From: Ignavibacteriota bacterium | GTDB taxonomy: Bacteria; Bacteroidota; Ignavibacteria; UBA10030 | DNA length: 64,000 nt | NCBI GenBank assembly: GCA_963701295.1 | Contig: OY969585.1 | Coordinates: forward strand, 1,792,001 to 1,856,000 | Direction: 5' to 3' | In this document: piece by piece, positions 45,046-53,810 of the stretch | How the letters are laid out: every line of letters begins with the position of its first letter | Position numbering within the stretch: position 1 is the first letter of the stretch | Position numbers and translations under genes: made by a program | Notes under the pieces: generated by a model | What the model saw: only the letters and a program-made list of their open reading frames with translations | Database searches by the model: none | What the model was told of the DNA's origin: nothing

Positions 45046-45534
45046 ATGAAAAAGTTAATGATGGTTCTCGCGATTGGCGCAATGAGCATGTTGCTTGTGG
45101 GATCTGCTTATGCTCAGTCAACTACCACTCAAACTGTTAATCTTGTCGTTGGATCAGTTTACAAGATGACTGTATCTGGCAATCCAGGTCAGTTGAATAT
45201 CACCACAGGAACAGCTGGTACAGATGCTTTAACGCCGGTCAGTGACGCTACAACGACCTACAGTATCACCCAGAACTATGGACCTACGGTGAAGATTACT
45301 GCAGGCTTGGGTACCGCACTTGCAGCCGGATATACGTTGTCACTTACTTTGGCAAGCTCCAAAGGCACAAGCGCTGGACCCGTTAATCTTTCTACAACCG
45401 CTGCCAGCGTTGTAACTGGTATCGCAATAGGAGCTGATGCAAACAAGACGATTACTTATACATTTGCAGCAAATGCCTCTGCTGGAACATTGGCTTCGAC
45501 CAATGAGGTTGTTACACTGACATTGACTAACTAA
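45046..45534 (+). CDS. Secreted pilin-like subunit 1
   Basis: Signal peptide (AYA-Q); Thr/Ala/Gly-rich all-beta; N-strand 'TQTVNLVV', C-strand 'VVTLTLTN'. Confidence 0.7.
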   Translation: MKKLMMVLAIGAMSMLLVGSAYAQSTTTQTVNLVVGSVYKMTVSGNPGQLNITTGTAGTDALTPVSDATTTYSITQNYGPTVKITAGLGTALAAGYTLSLTLASSKGTSAGPVNLSTTAASVVTGIAIGADANKTITYTFAANASAGTLASTNEVVTLTLTN

Positions 45535-45577
45535 AATTTAATAAATTATTATCATACCTAACTCAAAGGAGACAACA

Positions 45578-46057
45578 ATGAAAAAGTTAACGATGGTCCT
45601 CGCGATTAGTGCAATGAGCATTTTGTTTATAGGATTTGCTTATGCTCAAACAAATATCGCCACACAAACATTCAACCTTGCCGTTAATTCGATTTCTAAA
45701 ATAGTCGTATCAGGCAATCCGGGAAATTTAACGATCACGACTGCAGTACCTGGTTTCGATCCAACACCAGTTTCTGACAATTCGACAACCTATACTTTCA
45801 CACATAACGATAAGGCTAATGGTGCAAAGATTACTGCAAGCTTGGCTCCTGCCCTTGCATCCGGATATACTTTGACAATTGGTTTGGACGGCAAGACCCC
45901 AGTTGATATTTCTGCCTCTGTTCAGGATGCTGTGACAGGTATCGCAGCGGGAGCTTATACAGGAAAAGCGATTGCATATCAATTCTCGGCTTTAGCAAGT
46001 GCCGGGGTATTAGCATCGACTCCCGAGACTGTTACACTGACAGTAGTTGCCCTATAA
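45578..46057 (+). CDS. Secreted pilin-like subunit 2
   Basis: Paralogue of subunit 1: 'ATQTFNLAV', 'VSGNPG.L.ITT', 'KITASL', 'TVTLTV'. Confidence 0.7.
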   Translation: MKKLTMVLAISAMSILFIGFAYAQTNIATQTFNLAVNSISKIVVSGNPGNLTITTAVPGFDPTPVSDNSTTYTFTHNDKANGAKITASLAPALASGYTLTIGLDGKTPVDISASVQDAVTGIAAGAYTGKAIAYQFSALASAGVLASTPETVTLTVVAL

Positions 46058-46071
46058 ATTATCCCTTTTCG

Positions 46072-46103
46072 ATTACCTCGGAGCTTTGTTGCTCCGAGGT
46101 AAT
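46072..46103 (+). terminator. Intra-operon hairpin
   Basis: Perfect 13-bp stem ATTACCTCGGAGC/GCTCCGAGGTAAT. Confidence 0.7.
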
Positions 46104-46135
46104 TTATTTAACACTATTAATTTAATGGAGCTACA

Positions 46136-46633
46136 ATGAAAAAGTTAATCGTTCTCGCCGCCTTTGTTACACTGAGTGCCTTCGCTTTTCAGAATGCGTT
46201 TTCTCAAGCTGCAAATCAGGCAAATCAGCTTGTCACGCTTGAAGTTAAAGTAGTGAATAAGATAAATATTTCTGGCCCAGTTTCATTATTGATAGATGAT
46301 GCTATTCCTGGAGGCGCTGGCCTGCAGCCTGTTTCCAATAATGCGACATCATACAATATTACACACAATGGTTCTGCAACAGGCAAGATTACAGCCAGCA
46401 TTAATTCAGGTCTGCCGGCTGGAATTACGTTACAACTTACATTAGCAAGCACTCTTGGAACAAGCGATGGAATTCAGGATATATCGAGCGCAACAACTGC
46501 TCTCAATGTTGTGGAAGGTGTTAAACAAGGTAAGGATGCAACTCAAATGATAACCTACAACTTCTCAGCGACACCGGAAGCTGGTGTATTTGCTTCAACA
46601 GTAAAGACGGTTACATTAACGGTTACAGACTAA
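46136..46633 (+). CDS. Secreted pilin-like subunit 3
   Basis: 'ANQLVTLEV', 'YNITHN', 'KITASI', 'ITYNFSA', 'TVTLTVTD'. Confidence 0.7.
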   Translation: MKKLIVLAAFVTLSAFAFQNAFSQAANQANQLVTLEVKVVNKINISGPVSLLIDDAIPGGAGLQPVSNNATSYNITHNGSATGKITASINSGLPAGITLQLTLASTLGTSDGIQDISSATTALNVVEGVKQGKDATQMITYNFSATPEAGVFASTVKTVTLTVTD

Positions 46634-46662
46634 TTAGTTTTTTGCAGGGAGACTAACTAACT

Positions 46663-46707
46663 CGCGGAGGCTCAGATTCCATACTTGAGCCCCCGCGGTT
46701 TTGTTTT
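46663..46707 (+). terminator. Terminator-like hairpin after subunit 3
   Basis: CGCGGAGGCTCA...TGAGCCCCCGCG followed by GTTTTGTTTT. Confidence 0.6.
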
Positions 46708-46738
46708 GTGTAAGGGACATGAGATGTGAGTACGGGCA

Positions 46739-47344
46739 ATGAAACCTACAAAAAATCAAATAGAAATTGGTAAGTATATGTTGTATCTGATTACGAGGAT
46801 TACTATATTTAACCGCATTGTCATGAGAACAAGAATGATATCGCGCTTCTGCAAACGAACAATTTCCTCCATAGTAATCACGTTGTTTTTGATCTTGTTG
46901 CCGAGAATCACTTTTAGCGCAACAACAGCGCAGCACACTGTTACTGTCATCGTTAATGCGATTACAATTATACAAATCAGCGTAGGGACTATCAATCTCA
47001 ATATACCAGGTGGCGTAACTGCGGTTGTAGTTGCAGGGCAAGATCAGATGACTGTCACCGATAACACCAGTAAGCTTCTTTGGGGTACCAACAGCAGTCC
47101 CAGGAAGATTACAATCATAACGAATCTTGTTACACAAAAGTTTACATTGCAAGCATTAGCCATGAGTCCAACAGTTGGCACAGCGGCGTCGGCAGCGACA
47201 CTCTCGACTACAGCTTCTGATTTTATAACAAATATTGCAAGAAGTTCAGGTAGTGCCACTGTGCAATATACCGGTATCGCTTTAGCATCAAAAGGAACCG
47301 GAACGGATTCGCACACAATCACATTTACTATTACAACGCAGTAA
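46739..47344 (+). CDS. Secreted pilin-like subunit 4 (true start probably a later ATG)
   Basis: 'TAQHTVTVIV', 'RKITI', 'HTITFTITTQ'. Confidence 0.65.
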   Translation: MKPTKNQIEIGKYMLYLITRITIFNRIVMRTRMISRFCKRTISSIVITLFLILLPRITFSATTAQHTVTVIVNAITIIQISVGTINLNIPGGVTAVVVAGQDQMTVTDNTSKLLWGTNSSPRKITIITNLVTQKFTLQALAMSPTVGTAASAATLSTTASDFITNIARSSGSATVQYTGIALASKGTGTDSHTITFTITTQ

Positions 47345-47348
47345 GAGT

Positions 47349-47828
47349 ATGAACAGATCGCATCGTTTTAGAATATCTCATCTCCTGTATGTTTTGGGAT
47401 TTGTGTTCTTGATCGCAATGAAAGGAGTAGGACAGACAAGTATTACAATGAATGGAGGTAATCAGACCATGACAATTACTACGGGAATTGCCGGTGGTCA
47501 ATTGGTAAATGTCATCAACACGACCTGTTATCTTACATACCATGGGTCGCTCACCCATGTCAAGAAAATTACTGTCAGTACCACATGCCCAGGTCAAAGT
47601 TTCAATTTAAGTGTGGTAGGTACTGTGACTGGTGGGGGCACTGCACAGGCGGCAGTGACACTCACTACTGGAATGGCGAGCACCGATTTTGTTAGAGATA
47701 TTCCTGTGAATACGACTAATGGCAGATGCACATTGAACTATACTGCATCAGCTACATTTGCTCAAGGCAATAGTACTGACTTTGGCAACGATGTCTATAC
47801 CATCACGTACACTATCGTAACACAATAA
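47349..47828 (+). CDS. Secreted pilin-like subunit 5 lacking the N-terminal strand (candidate tip)
   Basis: Mature start 'QTSITMNGGNQTMTITTG' aligns after the N-strand of its paralogues; 3 Cys; 'YTITYTIVTQ'. Confidence 0.6.
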   Translation: MNRSHRFRISHLLYVLGFVFLIAMKGVGQTSITMNGGNQTMTITTGIAGGQLVNVINTTCYLTYHGSLTHVKKITVSTTCPGQSFNLSVVGTVTGGGTAQAAVTLTTGMASTDFVRDIPVNTTNGRCTLNYTASATFAQGNSTDFGNDVYTITYTIVTQ

Positions 47829-47841
47829 ATAGGTCATCACT

Positions 47842-48666
47842 ATGAGATACCTTTCTTCTCCATATCTGCGCGGATTGTTTCTTGTTTCCATGCTTGCTTC
47901 GTGTCTCACTGCGCAAGTTTCGATCATCGGCGAACTGAGCCAGGACAAAGACGCTCTTCCGGGTGATGTGTACACAGGAACAATTGTCATTCGGAATGAT
48001 ACGAATGAACCGCAAGAGGCGAAGGTGTACCAGACCGATTACACGTTTCAATTCAATGGGACGAATAATTATGGTGAACCGGGAGTGTTTCCTCGGTCAA
48101 ATGCAAAATGGATTGCATTCAGCCCGGCATATGTTACTCTGCCGCCTCAAGGGACTATGGCTGTGAATTTTACTGTAACTGTTCCGAAAGATACAACGCA
48201 TAAGCTGATCGGTACTTATTGGAGTATGTTGATGGTGGAAGGAATTCAGAAGGGATCGGCAGAATCCTCTATTCGCCCGAAAGATGCAAAGGCGCAAATG
48301 GGCATTATGCAGACCATCCGCTATGGAATTCAAATTGCCACATCCATTGCAAAGACAGGAACAAAAAAGATTCAATTTGTCGGCCACGACGTTATTAAGA
48401 AAGAAGGCGGCAAACGCATATTGCAGATTGATATTGAGAACACAGGGGAGATTGCAATGCGGCCGGACGTTTATGTGGAACTTTTTGACGAACAAGGAAA
48501 ATCACTTGGAAAGTACCCCGGTATAAAGTACCGCATCTATCCCGGCACTTCTGTTCGCCAGTCCATTGATGTAAGCAGTGTTGCACCAGGGACCTATAAA
48601 GCATTAATAGTTGTTGATGCAGGCGGTGATGATGTATTTGGAGCACAATACGCATTGAAATTCTGA
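47842..48666 (+). CDS. Periplasmic two-Ig-domain chaperone-like protein (PapD/DUF916-like)
   Basis: Signal peptide; 'I.IRN', 'RS.AKWI.FSP..VTLPP....V.FTVTVP', 'GTYWSMLMVE', second domain 'ENTG...IYPG...PGTY'. Confidence 0.65.
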   Translation: MRYLSSPYLRGLFLVSMLASCLTAQVSIIGELSQDKDALPGDVYTGTIVIRNDTNEPQEAKVYQTDYTFQFNGTNNYGEPGVFPRSNAKWIAFSPAYVTLPPQGTMAVNFTVTVPKDTTHKLIGTYWSMLMVEGIQKGSAESSIRPKDAKAQMGIMQTIRYGIQIATSIAKTGTKKIQFVGHDVIKKEGGKRILQIDIENTGEIAMRPDVYVELFDEQGKSLGKYPGIKYRIYPGTSVRQSIDVSSVAPGTYKALIVVDAGGDDVFGAQYALKF

Positions 48667-48675
48667 GTACCGAAA

Positions 48676-51600
48676 TTGAAAACATTGTTGACACATTATC
48701 CGGTTCGGCTTAACCGGATTTTTTTTATCTGCTTGCTTGCAGCTTTGCCATTGTTGTACGGATTTGCCCGCCAGCAAGAAAGCAAAGTAGTTTGTGATGC
48801 AGTTCAATCGCAAATCGAGGCAAAGCCTGGGACAATTGCTGCTGCATCAATCAAGGTAACGAATTTAACTTCTGAACAGCAGGCATACGATGCTGTGATC
48901 GATCTTCCTGCAGGATGGAGACCGGTTATTCGAGAATTTCCATTCGAAATCAAAGCGGGAGATGCAGATGTTCGTCTCATAACATTTTCCATCCCTTCTG
49001 ACGCTCCTGCAAATCGTTATGAAGTTCGTTATTCTGTTCGGGACCATGCTTCACCTGTCCATGAAGCTATTGTGTCCGTAGAAGTTGTTGTTGTTCGTGT
49101 CGTTCAATTAGATCTTGCACTTCTTCAGGCGCCTCGATTCGTTATTGCCGGGACTACGTTTACAACAGCGGTTCTCGTTACGAACCAAGGAAATTCAGCG
49201 AGTTCTGTGCAGATCAGCTATAGGAGCTCGAATGACTTCCCGGTCCGATTAGACTCGACAATAATCAATTTAGCTCCAAAGGAGACCAGACGAGTACAGT
49301 TTTTCGTTACATCTGATGAAAAATCAGGGAAAGTGAACCATACACTTGAAGTCGAAGCGAAGTCAGGGCAAGATACAACAATCAGGGTTAAAATTTCGAG
49401 CGTAGTAGAAGTCATTCCGCGCATGACAAAAGTTGAAGAAGAATATCTCCTGTATCCTGTTTCTCTCAGGGTGCGAGAAGTTGGTCAAGACGGAAAGTTC
49501 TCCCCGCAAGGAGAAGTCTATGGGTATGGAAGTTTGAACGAGAATAGAACGGATCGGCTTGAGTTTCTTTTCCGGGCGCCGGAAACACAAACAGTCTCAA
49601 CATTGGGACAAAGGGATGAATACCGAATCTCGTATCGAAGAGACAGTCTTGAATTATATGCGGGAGATCAAAATTATACACTTTCGACATTGACAGAATT
49701 AGGGCGCTATGCTTCAGGTATCGGGGGGAGGATAACAAGTGGTGCGATATCAGCCGGTGGATTCTATAATTCAACAAGGTGGACAATATCAAAACAAAAG
49801 GAAGCCGGCGGATTCCTCGATTATGATGTTATGAAAGGCGCTACTCTTGGCGTGAATTATCTCAGCAAGCGAGAACAATTTTCCAGCGATATAATGAGTG
49901 TGCAAGGCCTCTTTAAGCCGTTAACCGGCACAATCCTTAATCTTGAATATGGTACCGGTGTAAAAGACGATAAACACGATGATGCTTTTGCGGCCCTGCT
50001 GCAAGGCAACCAACGATGGATTGCGTACGATCTACGTTTTGTTCAAGCGGGGCCAGATTTTGGAGGCTATTACCAGGACATTGATTTTTTCTCGTCGAGC
50101 ATTAATCTTCAACCTATGCGAAACGTGCGTATTGAGACTTATATCAGGCTGGAAAATAGAAATCTCGCACGCGATACGAATCAGACTGATGTACCGCATG
50201 ATGCCTCTTATCAAGTCGGTGTTGGATACTTGGATTATTTCTCAATTTACTATCTGAACAACAGTCAGCAAGATCAATCTGATAGTTCAAAGTACCGAAC
50301 ACGGGAAGACGCGATTCAAGCCAGAGTTGGGTACAACTTCTCTGTTGCAAATGTCTATGCAAATATGGATTACGGAACAACGCGAGATGAACTTCTAATA
50401 AAAAAATCACCTTACAAGCGCTTAGCTCTTTCTGCGAGTTTCAATCCAATTGCGAAACAGAGCTATAGTACTTCATTTGAGTATACCACCTCTAGGGATC
50501 CCAACACAGGGGAGGATCAGGAACGTTTATCAGCGAACCTGAGCGCATGGATTCTCTTTGGCCAATCGACCCAAGCACAATTAAATATATACGGAAGCCG
50601 TATCATTGCATCGATACCGCAAACATACAGTATGTTCGAAGCATCCATCGAGCATGTGTTTCCATTCAACCATAAGATCACACTGCATGCGCGTATCACC
50701 AACATCACACCGTCTATTACTAACAGAGAAGCCGCTTATACTTTCGAATATGCTATTCCGATAGGAATTCCCATCAAACGGATTACAGCGGTTGGGCAGC
50801 TCCGCGGCACCATCATAGATGAAAATGGAAGAGGTATTGCGAACGTACTGATCAATATTGGTGATGCAGCGGCTTTATCCGATAGGCACGGCGGATTCTT
50901 TTTCGCATCACTGAAGCCTGGTTCTGTATTTCTCACAGTGGATAAGGCAAGCATTGGATTTGATCGAATAACAACTCAACCTATGCCGATGGAAGTGCTC
51001 GTTCGCGGGGGCGAAGAAACGAATCTGATACTTCGGGTTACTAGAAGCGTGGCAATTGCAGGCGATGTACTTCTGTTTAGCGCAAAGGAGCAAGGATTTT
51101 TAGATACATCCAATGCTCTTACTGAAATGGGTGGAAAGTCAGGTGTCTTTCTCGAACTTTCTAACGGCGCTGAAATGAATCGGAGGGTAAGTGACAATAA
51201 GGGAAGGTTTCTTTTTGCAGATTTGTGCCCTGGACAATGGGTACTTAAAGTGATTGGCGGCGACATACCCGAATACTATACTATTTATCCAGATTCAATG
51301 AGGATTGAGTTGTTACCCGGTGAAAGAAAAGATGTTACTTTTCAGCTTCGGCCTCGCAAACGCACGATTAAGATGTTGCAGGGAGATTCGTCGATACTAG
51401 AAACACCTCCTGTAATTGAAAGGAAAGACACGCTTTCTTCACTCATGAACGCTCCGAAGGTGTGTATGGTTACGTATAATGAGATGAGAAAAGGTTACGT
51501 TCTTCAAATCTCTTCGTGGCTCACATGGAAGAAAGCAAATCGAGTAGCGAAAAGAGCAGATAAGATTGTTGGGCTTAAGACGTTCAAAGAAACTGCCAAT

Positions 51601-51699
51601 ATACCATCTCTAGGACGGCGATACCGAGTGTTCATCGGTATTTTCAAAACCAGAGAAGATGCTGTTGTCTTTTGTTACCAGTTCGATTTCAATTTGTAG
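48676..51699 (+). CDS. Usher-like outer-membrane protein: 2 Ig domains, beta-barrel, 2 carboxypeptidase-regulatory-like domains, SPOR
   Basis: 'VTN...LPAGW', 'VTNQGN'; long amphipathic beta region; 'G.I.DENG.G..NV.I', 'SD.KG.F.F..L.PG.W'; 'GYVLQISS...RYRVFIG.F.TREDA'. Confidence 0.6.
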   Translation: MKTLLTHYPVRLNRIFFICLLAALPLLYGFARQQESKVVCDAVQSQIEAKPGTIAAASIKVTNLTSEQQAYDAVIDLPAGWRPVIREFPFEIKAGDADVRLITFSIPSDAPANRYEVRYSVRDHASPVHEAIVSVEVVVVRVVQLDLALLQAPRFVIAGTTFTTAVLVTNQGNSASSVQISYRSSNDFPVRLDSTIINLAPKETRRVQFFVTSDEKSGKVNHTLEVEAKSGQDTTIRVKISSVVEVIPRMTKVEEEYLLYPVSLRVREVGQDGKFSPQGEVYGYGSLNENRTDRLEFLFRAPETQTVSTLGQRDEYRISYRRDSLELYAGDQNYTLSTLTELGRYASGIGGRITSGAISAGGFYNSTRWTISKQKEAGGFLDYDVMKGATLGVNYLSKREQFSSDIMSVQGLFKPLTGTILNLEYGTGVKDDKHDDAFAALLQGNQRWIAYDLRFVQAGPDFGGYYQDIDFFSSSINLQPMRNVRIETYIRLENRNLARDTNQTDVPHDASYQVGVGYLDYFSIYYLNNSQQDQSDSSKYRTREDAIQARVGYNFSVANVYANMDYGTTRDELLIKKSPYKRLALSASFNPIAKQSYSTSFEYTTSRDPNTGEDQERLSANLSAWILFGQSTQAQLNIYGSRIIASIPQTYSMFEASIEHVFPFNHKITLHARITNITPSITNREAAYTFEYAIPIGIPIKRITAVGQLRGTIIDENGRGIANVLINIGDAAALSDRHGGFFFASLKPGSVFLTVDKASIGFDRITTQPMPMEVLVRGGEETNLILRVTRSVAIAGDVLLFSAKEQGFLDTSNALTEMGGKSGVFLELSNGAEMNRRVSDNKGRFLFADLCPGQWVLKVIGGDIPEYYTIYPDSMRIELLPGERKDVTFQLRPRKRTIKMLQGDSSILETPPVIERKDTLSSLMNAPKVCMVTYNEMRKGYVLQISSWLTWKKANRVAKRADKIVGLKTFKETANIPSLGRRYRVFIGIFKTREDAVVFCYQFDFNL

Positions 51700-51875
51700 C
51701 ACCACCCTGTCACAGTTTTTATTCTACTATCTCTTTAGTCTGTAGCACCAACATTGTAGAAAATTCAGTTTCCTCAAATTGATGCAGCACTGCTCTAAGC
51801 TTTTGTTTCTTTGTTAATTCCTTCCTTTTCGACGAATTAGCCGGTTTATTCAATATCTATATTGCCTAATGTGCT

Positions 51876-51890
51876 TGGCACCTAAATTGA
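51876..51890 (+). promoter_or_regulatory. Sigma-54-type promoter 2
   Basis: TGGCAC-CTAAA-TTGA, same variant as promoter 1; TCCTCA-AAT-TGATGC at 51771. Confidence 0.65.
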
Positions 51891-51909
51891 AGGATTGAGG
51901 TAAGAGACT

Positions 51910-52482
51910 ATGAAAAACCGACAATTACATATGAACACAACTTACAGCTTGATAAACAAGAGTCTTTTTGCGTATCATCGTATATCCACTTTTGTGAAAA
52001 CCATTTCTATCATAGTTATAATGATAGTCGTTGCCAGCGCTGGTCTAATGGCGCAAGGTCGTGGCAACAGTGCGACTCAATCGGTTACATTGGAAGTGAA
52101 GCCAATCGCTAAAATATCTGTTGCGGGCTACTTGACGCCTCTTATTATCAATGATGCTCTTCCCGGATCTGGCCTCGCATCTGTGAGCGATGAGAATACT
52201 AAATACAGTCTCGTAACAAATATTGATAATATGAAAATTGTCGCATCCATTAACGACAGGATGCCCACCGGGACGAAGTTGATGATCAAATTAACGAGTA
52301 GTAAAGCGGCGAGTGCTGGACTCGTTGATTTATCCAACGCGTTAACTCCGGTGGATGTTGTCAGAGGCATCAAAAAAGGAAGCGATGTGGGTCAATCTAT
52401 TAGCTATACCTTTGCAGCAAATGCCGAGGTTGATGATATTCCGTCACAATCAAGAACGATTACACTAACGCTTACGAATTGA
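51910..52482 (+). CDS. Secreted pilin-like subunit 6 (closest to subunit 3)
   Basis: 'SATQSVTLEVK', 'L.I.DA.PG', 'KIVASIN', 'ISYTFAA', 'TITLTLTN'. Confidence 0.7.
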   Translation: MKNRQLHMNTTYSLINKSLFAYHRISTFVKTISIIVIMIVVASAGLMAQGRGNSATQSVTLEVKPIAKISVAGYLTPLIINDALPGSGLASVSDENTKYSLVTNIDNMKIVASINDRMPTGTKLMIKLTSSKAASAGLVDLSNALTPVDVVRGIKKGSDVGQSISYTFAANAEVDDIPSQSRTITLTLTN

Positions 52483-52491
52483 TTCGAAGTC

Positions 52492-52860
52492 ATGAAAAAA
52501 AATTCTTCCATAGGTTTGCTGTTCATTCTTATTCTTTTTGTGAGTTCGCAGGCGAATTCGCAAATGAAAAACTCGGCAACGCAGACGATAGTGTTTGCAG
52601 TTAACCATTCAGCAAAACCTGCTCTGAAAGTCCTTGCAAACTCTCCAAATTTAAACCTGTCTTCGAACTCCTCTGGAACGGCCGCGTTTCGGAATTCATT
52701 GGAAAAAATGACTGTGAAAGTGACGATTGCTGAAACTTCAACCAGCACAGCAGTATCGAAGAATACTTCAGATATTCATATGGATATAAAATCTATCCTT
52801 CAAGCAAGAAATTCAATCATGTTTGATGAAATTCCAACGATAGTAACAATTACCGAATAA
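52492..52860 (+). CDS. Short atypical pilin-like protein 7
   Basis: Signal peptide, N-strand 'SATQTIVFAV', C-strand 'IVTITE', Ser-rich shortened core. Confidence 0.5.
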   Translation: MKKNSSIGLLFILILFVSSQANSQMKNSATQTIVFAVNHSAKPALKVLANSPNLNLSSNSSGTAAFRNSLEKMTVKVTIAETSTSTAVSKNTSDIHMDIKSILQARNSIMFDEIPTIVTITE

Positions 52861-53159
52861 TCTTTTCTCATCTCACTTATACCTTCATTCTCTTCATCGA
52901 AGAAGCTTTTAAGAAGATTTCTAGATATTCAAGAAGATCCTTTTCAAGGAAATGAATAGTTGGACGTTCTTGAATATCCAAATGCTCATCATCTACGGGA
53001 GCAAGAGATCACCGCATGGCACTGTTATAAAAGATGGTTTAAATCGGAGGGGAACTATACACGGATCTACAATAGTAAAACTTGACTTTTATAAGTCAGA
53101 CGGTGTTTTAAAACGTTGATTAAAATACACTGGGAGAGTCTATTCATATCCAGTTTATT

Positions 53160-53417
53160 CTACCAAGTGAACTGGAGAATGATTGACATCGCTAGTGTAC
53201 CACTCAATGCTATCGTAAAAATTATGTGCTGCGAAGTGACCAACGCAATGGGAATTGCCACCAACAAAGTTTGCCAGAGAACTCCGATCACAATGTTAAT
53301 GAAATCACGATGGAAATTCCTGTTTGGTTGGAAGTCGGGATAAGATATTCTCACTTTTAAAAGGATCGGTTTCCAGAATCTCCAATTCAGTACCTGCATA
53401 GAGAACTGCATCACCAT
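53160..53417 (-). pseudogene. Probable remnant of the C-terminus of a sodium:solute symporter
   Basis: 'W.FWKP...KV....P.F.PN.NF.RD..N...G..WQ..L...P' recalled from Bacteroidota SSS C-termini; no upstream body. Confidence 0.45.
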
Positions 53418-53810
53418 TGCACCGGCTGGGTTCCGGTCATCACCTCTGTTTTCCTTAGCCCGAGGGAGTTTATCACCCCAAGAAAATATGAATTCATATT
53501 CTTCACGGCATGCTTAGAAACGAGGTTGATAGTATTAATCATGATGTTGAAGGGCTTCCCAACTGAAAAAATAATTTTTTCAGGCACAAATTTTATCAAA
53601 CATGTTTATATCCGTATCAATGCTACTCTAGTCATCATATATTATCAGGTTAATAATGGTGTTATGGAATTGATAAATTCGGAATAAATTTTAACTTTTA
53701 AAAGACTATAATAGTTAGATAAATAATGGTATGGAATATGGCTTTATTGGCAAGATCTTTGTTAATTGATGTATAACGATTACTATTTATCTATTCTTCC
53801 GGAGAGAACT

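Noticed and set aside
45046-47828. Type IV pilins, type V pilins, curli or T9SS cargo
   Set aside because: No G|FxxxE prepilin motif, no lipobox, no curlin repeats, no T9SS tail
45046-48666. Firmicute-type WxL cell-surface cluster
   Set aside because: The chaperone-like gene resembles DUF916, but the subunits lack the terminal WxL motif and the partner is an outer-membrane-type protein; distant homology is not excluded
42056-53032. Additional TGGCAC hexamers at 42056 and 53017 as sigma-54 promoters
   Set aside because: No TTG at the -12 position and no suitably placed downstream gene
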